From assembly GCA_964410515.1 (NCBI GenBank), contig CAYPGW010000003.1, positions 15,102 to 79,101 of the forward strand: 64,000 bases of DNA, given 5' to 3'. The DNA is from an uncultured Sangeribacter sp. Its GTDB lineage: Bacteria > Bacteroidota > Bacteroidia > Bacteroidales > Muribaculaceae. The notes beneath the pieces are model-generated. The model saw nothing but the letters and a program-made list of their open reading frames with translations. It searched no databases and had not been told where the DNA came from. Shown one piece after another: positions 58,252 through 64,000 of this stretch (position 1 is its first letter; each line of letters opens with the position of its first letter). Position numbers and translations under genes: made by a program.

Positions 58252-60135
58252 ATGAGACATCAACCATTCACACTCCTGCTCCATATAGCCCTGGTCATCA
58301 TTCTGGCCGGGGCTTTAGTGACTCATTTCTGCGGCATTCAAGGAATCGTCACCCTCTATACGGAAGCGCCACCGACAGACCGCTTCGAAAAAGAATCCGG
58401 CCCGGGCCCCGGCAGGTTTCCATTCTCCATCCGGCTTGAGAGCGTGAACATCGATTACTATGCCGGAACCACTACCCCTATGGATTTCAGGAGTGTACTC
58501 AACATAGAAGGACAATCCGTTGCGATTGCCATGAACCATGTAGGCGAATATGATGGCTGGAGATTCTACCAATCGGGAATGAGCGAAGAAAGCTCCACAC
58601 TTTCAGTGAGCCGCGACTCCTGGGGCACGGGAATCACCTATACCGGCTACATTCTGCTGGGGATAGGGATGATCGGGTATTTCTTTCAGAAGAAGACTCG
58701 CTGGAGGGCTATGGTGCGGAAATATCTTAAAGGTTTAGCCGCATTAACTCTTTTTTCCGCTCTGCCGGCACACGCATCGGAAGGCGAGCTTCCGGCCATG
58801 CAGCGACCTCTTGCCGCGAATTTCGGGAAAACCCTAATCTATTGGAACGACCGTATCTGTCCGATGCAGACAATGGCCCGCGATGTCACACAGCTTCTAT
58901 ACGGCACTGACTCTTACCGAAGCCTTACATCCGAACAGGTTCTTTCGGGCTGGATATTTTATTATGACCAATGGCTGCGAGACTATCTGAGACAATATCC
59001 CGAACTCGAAACTGTCGATTTCTACAGCACCGACAGCAAGGAGCGGAAAAATGCGGAACGTCTGTCGCTTATAAGCTGGATGGGCACAGGAGATGCGTTC
59101 AGGATATTCCCATACGAGACCGCCGACGGACACATGGAATGGCTATCGCCTACAACCCGCAAACCCTCAGGAATGCCTATCGAGCAATGGACTTTTATGC
59201 AGACCGCTATTCCTGAGATGAAAAGCCTGCTCATCAACGGAAAAAATATCAAGGCCAACGAAACTGTAGCTGCGCTGCAATCAGGCCAGCGGCTATACGG
59301 AGGGAGAGCGCTCCCCTCTCAGGCTAAGATCAGTGCTGAAATCTTATACAACGATTCGGTTCGCCCCGTCCTATGCGCCGTGCCCTCCCTCCTGATAGGG
59401 CTGGCTCTTCTCATCATTCCCTTTTTCATGCAGCCTTCAAGGATGCTGCGAATGGCAGGCAGCATATCGGTGGCAGCACTCCTGACGTATCTCTGCTACT
59501 GTATGGGGCTGCTATGGTATGTAAGCGGCCACATTCCGGTCACCAATGGGCCGGAGACAATGATGTTTCTGGGATTGGTAGCACTCGCAGGCGCAGCGAT
59601 ATGGCAAAACCTTACGATTCGCGGCGCGCTGATGGTGGTGGCGGGTATGGCTTTATGCGTAGCCGCAATGGGAGGCCGCACGCCTCAGATCGGCTCCATG
59701 ATGCCCGTGCTGGCGAGCCCACTACTTTCGGTTCACGTCATGGTGGTGATGGCTGCCTATGCCATGTTCATGCTGATGGCAATACTGGGATTACTCGCCC
59801 TTATATCAAAATCAGCAATTCAAAGTCAAAGACTGTCAATGCTCAACCGCATCATTCTCGCTCCGGCTGTTTGCCTTCTTGGAGCGGGCATCTTCATCGG
59901 GGCTGTCTGGGCCAACCAGACATGGGGACGCTACTGGGGCTGGGATCCGAAGGAAACCTGCGCCCTGGTGATGTGGCTTGTCTATGCGCTCCCGTTGCAT
60001 CAAGGTTGCAGGCCGTTGCGGATTTTCAGAAAAGACAAAGTGCTGAATATATATCTGCTATTGGCGGTGCTGACAGTAGCCTTCACCTATTTCGGTGCCA
60101 ACTATCTCCTGAAAGGTCTGCATTCCTACGCATGA
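58252..60135 (+). CDS. ccsA: Cytochrome c biogenesis system II fusion (ResB/CcsB-like + CcsA)
   Basis: RFYQS ResB motif; GAVWANQTWGRYWGWDPKET WWD domain; GLHSYA terminus. Confidence 0.9.
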   Translation: MRHQPFTLLLHIALVIILAGALVTHFCGIQGIVTLYTEAPPTDRFEKESGPGPGRFPFSIRLESVNIDYYAGTTTPMDFRSVLNIEGQSVAIAMNHVGEYDGWRFYQSGMSEESSTLSVSRDSWGTGITYTGYILLGIGMIGYFFQKKTRWRAMVRKYLKGLAALTLFSALPAHASEGELPAMQRPLAANFGKTLIYWNDRICPMQTMARDVTQLLYGTDSYRSLTSEQVLSGWIFYYDQWLRDYLRQYPELETVDFYSTDSKERKNAERLSLISWMGTGDAFRIFPYETADGHMEWLSPTTRKPSGMPIEQWTFMQTAIPEMKSLLINGKNIKANETVAALQSGQRLYGGRALPSQAKISAEILYNDSVRPVLCAVPSLLIGLALLIIPFFMQPSRMLRMAGSISVAALLTYLCYCMGLLWYVSGHIPVTNGPETMMFLGLVALAGAAIWQNLTIRGALMVVAGMALCVAAMGGRTPQIGSMMPVLASPLLSVHVMVVMAAYAMFMLMAILGLLALISKSAIQSQRLSMLNRIILAPAVCLLGAGIFIGAVWANQTWGRYWGWDPKETCALVMWLVYALPLHQGCRPLRIFRKDKVLNIYLLLAVLTVAFTYFGANYLLKGLHSYA

Positions 60136-60243
60136 CCCTCCGGCTCATCATCAGCGTGGACCGGGTCAATCATTTTTCCACCTATTCAATTTGAAATGTG
60201 AAAAATTGGTTGTAACTTTGCAGCACTGAACTTAAATCAAGAT

Positions 60244-60642
60244 ATGGCAAAACAGGAATATATGGAGAGCAACACACGCTGGCTGGCCGAGAAAGCCGAG
60301 GAAGCGGGAGTGATGCGTCTTGACAGCGGAGTCTGCTACAAAGTGATCAATGCAGGCGACCCGGCCGGAAAGCATCCCGACCTCAACAGTGTGGTGACAG
60401 TGCATTATACCGGAAAGACCATCAACGGCAAAACCTTCGATTCCAGCCGGGGCGGAGTGGCTCCGGCCTTCCGTCTGCGCGACCTGATTCCGGGTTGGAT
60501 CACAGCGATGCGGAAGATGCGGCCCGGCGACCGGTGGGAAGTCTATATCCCGGCTGATCAAGGCTATGGAAAGCGCTCACAGCCCGGAATACCCGGCGGA
60601 AGCACCCTCATCTTCGATATCGACCTGCTGGCAATAAACTGA
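60244..60642 (+). CDS. FKBP-type peptidyl-prolyl isomerase
   Basis: VHYTG..INGKTFDSS, LIPGW, IPADQGYG, IPGGSTLIF; promoter TTTG-19-TAACTTTG at 60190-60220. Confidence 0.93.
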   Translation: MAKQEYMESNTRWLAEKAEEAGVMRLDSGVCYKVINAGDPAGKHPDLNSVVTVHYTGKTINGKTFDSSRGGVAPAFRLRDLIPGWITAMRKMRPGDRWEVYIPADQGYGKRSQPGIPGGSTLIFDIDLLAIN

Positions 60643-60669
60643 CCGCAACCTCCTATAAAGCAGACCGGA

Positions 60670-61068
60670 TCACTCCTTAAAACTACGTGAGTGGGAGACG
60701 ATGAAGAATATGAGGCAGATGGCGAGCACGCCCCATGACACCCAGACCATCGGCATATTATTGATCGACCTGAAGAGAGTGCAAGCGATATAATAGAAGA
60801 AGAGAAGGGTGTTGCAATTGTCAATGAGTCGGCCTGCCCGTGGAACTATGGGTTTGATCTCCTTTTTCGACATCAGCATATAGACGCACCACGCAACCCA
60901 AGCGATGAACACACCGGCAGCTATGAAGATGGAATTGCTTGCCATTCCCCTCCATGTTCTCTGCAGCGCAAGGGCGGCGCAATTGGAGATAAGACAGCAT
61001 TCCACTGTGAGGTAGGAGAATTTGGTGACCGGACTTTCGAGTATGGAGACAAACGCGCGTGCTGACAT
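60670..61068 (-). CDS. Hypothetical membrane protein
   Basis: Several hydrophobic helices; reverse-strand TATCTTTG promoter element near 61137-61144. Confidence 0.55.
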   Translation of the reverse strand: MSARAFVSILESPVTKFSYLTVECCLISNCAALALQRTWRGMASNSIFIAAGVFIAWVAWCVYMLMSKKEIKPIVPRAGRLIDNCNTLLFFYYIACTLFRSINNMPMVWVSWGVLAICLIFFIVSHSRSFKE

Positions 61069-61200
61069 ATATGCAGGAGTTTTAAATGATGAAGGGAACC
61101 TATATAACGAGGAGAATTAGCGAGTGAATCACTCTGCAAAGATACTAAAAAAGTTTCAAATACACTACGTCGGCCCGGAAAAAGAGCGGCGTGACAAAAA

Positions 61201-64000
61201 ATGAACATCATGAGACATTGGATAATGGCTTTGGCACTCACTGCAGCCGCGAGTGCCCAGGCAATGGAAGAGAAGATAGACCTTAGCGGCTCATGGAGTT
61301 TCGGCTATGGGGAATATCCAACCTATAATGACGAAATCTCACTTCCCGGCTCAATGCTGACCAACGGCAAGGGCAACCATGTGAATACGGACACAAAATG
61401 GACCGGTTCGCTCTACGACATGTCGTATTATTACAGCGACCTATATGCCCCCTACCGGGAGCCGGGCAATATTAAGTTTCCGTTCTTCCTGACACCCGAC
61501 AAGGAATATGTGGGCAACGCATGGTATAGGAAAAGCGTTGAGATACCGCGCGAATGGTCAGGGAAAAGAATCATTCTCCATCTTGAGCGTCCACACATCG
61601 AGACGACACTGACAGTAAATGGCGAAGAAGCGGGGCATCAGATGTCGCTCTCCACTCCTCACGAATACGACATAACGGAGTTCGTAGAGCCCGGCTCTGA
61701 CAACCGGATTGAGATAAAGGTCTACAACGGCATTGAGAACGTATGCGTAGGTCAGGACTCGCACAGCGTAACCGATCAGACGCAGGGTAACTGGAACGGA
61801 ATAGCAGGCGAGATATATCTGAAGGCCACTCCAAAAGATGCTTTCATCAGGAATGTGCGCGTCTATCCGGACGTGAAAGGGAAAAAAGCCGAAATTAAAG
61901 CCATAGTGGGCAATTCCGCTAAAAAGATCGGAAGAGTGTCGGCTCAGGTTGTTTCAGCCGACGGGCAAGACGTATTCAATATTCCGCAATGGACCATCAG
62001 CGGAGACACTATCTCATTCACCGTGGATTTCGGCGAGCGGATGAAGACGTGGGACGAATTCTCGACTCCCCTTTACCGGGCCACGGTCTATTTCGGCGAT
62101 GATACCGCCTCCACCACATTCGGCATGCGGGATATCAGCGTTGCTGGCAGGGACATCCTTATCAACGGGAGGCCTATGTATGTGCGCGGCACTGTGGAGA
62201 ACTGCTGCTTTCCGCTCACCGGCTATGCCCCGACCGATGAGAAGTCGTGGGCGGAGGTATTCGCCAAATGCAAGGAATATGGCATCAACATGATGCGATT
62301 CCACAGTTACTGTCCTCCCGAGGCGGCATTCGCAGCCGCGGATAAGGCAGGAATCTATCTGCAGCCCGAAGGCCCCTCATGGCCCAATCACGGTGTGAAG
62401 CTGCGCAACGGTATGGCTATTGACCAATATCTGATAGATGAAGGGAAAGCTATAATCGACGCCTACGGCAACCATCCGTCGTTCGTGATGTTTGCCGCCG
62501 GCAATGAGCCTGCGGGCAACTGGGTGCCTTATACGGATGAATGGGTAAGCATCATGAAAGATTATGACCCGACCAAGATCTATTGCGGAGCATCCGTCGG
62601 CGGCGGATGGGCATGGGACGGTGGCAGCGAATACCATGTGAAGGGAGGCGGACGTGGCCTCGACTGGAAAAACCGTATGCCCTCAAGCGATGACGACTTC
62701 ACGGCAGACATCAGGCTGCCAAGAAATTTCAAGCCTACCGACTCGCTCCCTGAGAACCTATCCCCCATCCTCGCCCACGAGCAGGGACAATGGTGTGCAT
62801 TCCCCGACCTGGAGGAGACTTCGCTCTATACCGGCCCATACAAAGCGCGCAACTTCGAGATCTTCCGCGACCTGCTTGAGAAAAACGGAATGAAGGGTAT
62901 GGACAGGAAGTTTCTCATGTCGAGCGGAAAACTCCAGACCCTCTGCTATAAATATGAGATAGAACGCAATCTCCGCACCCCCGACTATACAGGTTTTCAG
63001 CTCCTCGCGCTGAACGACTACAGTGGTCAGGGCACCGCGCTCGAAGGAGTGCTCAACGTATTCTGGAAAGAGAAAGGATATGTCGATGGTGAGGAATGGC
63101 GAGAATTCTGCAGCGAGGTTGTGCCATTGGCCCGGTTTCCGAAGTTCATATTCACCGACAAGGAATCAGTCACGATCCCGGTTGAGGTGATCAATGCCTC
63201 GGAGGGAAGCCTGAGATATATTCCCATCTCATATAGCGTAACTCAGGCCGATGGAGATACCGTCTCATTCGGCATGCTCGACTACCGGAGCATTCCTGTA
63301 GGCAAGAACAACTCTGTAGGAGCAATCAACCTTGATTTCTCTAACGTGAGAGAACCATCGCGTTTCACCCTTACGGTGAATGTAGGAGACAGAGGACACA
63401 ACAAATGGGAATATTGGGTTTATCCTGAGGAAACCATTGTGAAGACACCGAAAAATATCCTTATCACCAATACTCTCGACAACGAGGCTATCAAAGTGCT
63501 TGAACAAGGGGGCAACGTCCTTCTCACCGCAGGAGGCAACGTAACACTCGGAAAGGATATCGTGCAGAATTATCTGCCTGTCTTCTGGAACACAAGCTGG
63601 TTTAAGATGCGACCACCTCACACCACGGGCGCCTATATCGACACCTCACACCCGCTTTTCGCCCACGGATTTCCCACCGACAACTGGAGCAACCTCAACT
63701 GGTGGGAACTGCTCAACAAGGCTCAGGTGATGAACCTTCTTGAACTTCCGGCCAACTATCAGTCACCGATACAGCCGATCGACACCTGGCACCTCAGCCG
63801 CAAGCTCGGCATGGTGGTGGAGGCCAAAGTGCTGAACGGAAAACTCTTTATGACGACTATGGACATAGACTCGAATCTTGACAAGAGAATTGTGGCAAAA
63901 AGGATGAGAAACGCTATTCTACGCTATATGGAAAGCGCTGATTTCAACCCCACAATGAAGCTCGACCCGGAAGTGATCACCGATTTCTTCATTAAGGAGA
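61201..64000 (+). CDS. Glycoside hydrolase family 2 (exported), runs off the window end
   Basis: Translated by hand from ATG 61201/61210: signal peptide, IDLSGSW, WYRKSV, GINMMRFHSYCPPE, NHPSFVMFAAGNE; absent from the ORF track, consistent with no stop inside the window. Confidence 0.88.
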   Translation, partial: MNIMRHWIMALALTAAASAQAMEEKIDLSGSWSFGYGEYPTYNDEISLPGSMLTNGKGNHVNTDTKWTGSLYDMSYYYSDLYAPYREPGNIKFPFFLTPDKEYVGNAWYRKSVEIPREWSGKRIILHLERPHIETTLTVNGEEAGHQMSLSTPHEYDITEFVEPGSDNRIEIKVYNGIENVCVGQDSHSVTDQTQGNWNGIAGEIYLKATPKDAFIRNVRVYPDVKGKKAEIKAIVGNSAKKIGRVSAQVVSADGQDVFNIPQWTISGDTISFTVDFGERMKTWDEFSTPLYRATVYFGDDTASTTFGMRDISVAGRDILINGRPMYVRGTVENCCFPLTGYAPTDEKSWAEVFAKCKEYGINMMRFHSYCPPEAAFAAADKAGIYLQPEGPSWPNHGVKLRNGMAIDQYLIDEGKAIIDAYGNHPSFVMFAAGNEPAGNWVPYTDEWVSIMKDYDPTKIYCGASVGGGWAWDGGSEYHVKGGGRGLDWKNRMPSSDDDFTADIRLPRNFKPTDSLPENLSPILAHEQGQWCAFPDLEETSLYTGPYKARNFEIFRDLLEKNGMKGMDRKFLMSSGKLQTLCYKYEIERNLRTPDYTGFQLLALNDYSGQGTALEGVLNVFWKEKGYVDGEEWREFCSEVVPLARFPKFIFTDKESVTIPVEVINASEGSLRYIPISYSVTQADGDTVSFGMLDYRSIPVGKNNSVGAINLDFSNVREPSRFTLTVNVGDRGHNKWEYWVYPEETIVKTPKNILITNTLDNEAIKVLEQGGNVLLTAGGNVTLGKDIVQNYLPVFWNTSWFKMRPPHTTGAYIDTSHPLFAHGFPTDNWSNLNWWELLNKAQVMNLLELPANYQSPIQPIDTWHLSRKLGMVVEAKVLNGKLFMTTMDIDSNLDKRIVAKRMRNAILRYMESADFNPTMKLDPEVITDFFIKE

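Noticed and set aside
59373-60194. 273-aa alternative-frame ORF inside ccsA, and similar shadow ORFs at 41976-42911, 47033-48016 and 2786-3514
   Set aside because: No recognisable motifs; these are expected by-products of GC-rich codon usage in well-supported genes

Overview
Core chromosomal segment of a Bacteroidales bacterium (TTTG-N19-21-TAnnTTTG promoters, GLPGLI and T9SS-CTD proteins; Muribaculaceae-like by impression only). It is mostly housekeeping: leuD, cimA/leuA-like synthase, orphan carB, rho with a long disordered insert, ybaK, aroC, relA-type RSH, tRNA-His, kbl/tdh split by an RND efflux operon, pheS, nth, ilvE, two pepD paralogs around a DUF3380 muramidase, hflX, ccsBA, FKBP and a truncated GH2. 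The standout is a ~1.9 kb AT-rich cassette (34403-36320) one gene downstream of tRNA-His. It is bracketed by imperfect 26-bp direct repeats and holds an array of 12 TATCT(G/T/A)CACA boxes (seven at 18-20 bp spacing) wrapped around a canonical promoter, driving a single Schlafen/AlbA_2-HATPase_c_4-wHTH gene with an intact ExxxxExK motif. This is a candidate repeat-controlled, possibly anti-phage module; its function is inferred, not shown. A second accessory module (OmpR-type two-component system divergent from GLPGLI + outer-membrane barrel genes) has four 11-bp tandem operator-like repeats. All family calls are from motif recognition by eye; no database searches were run.
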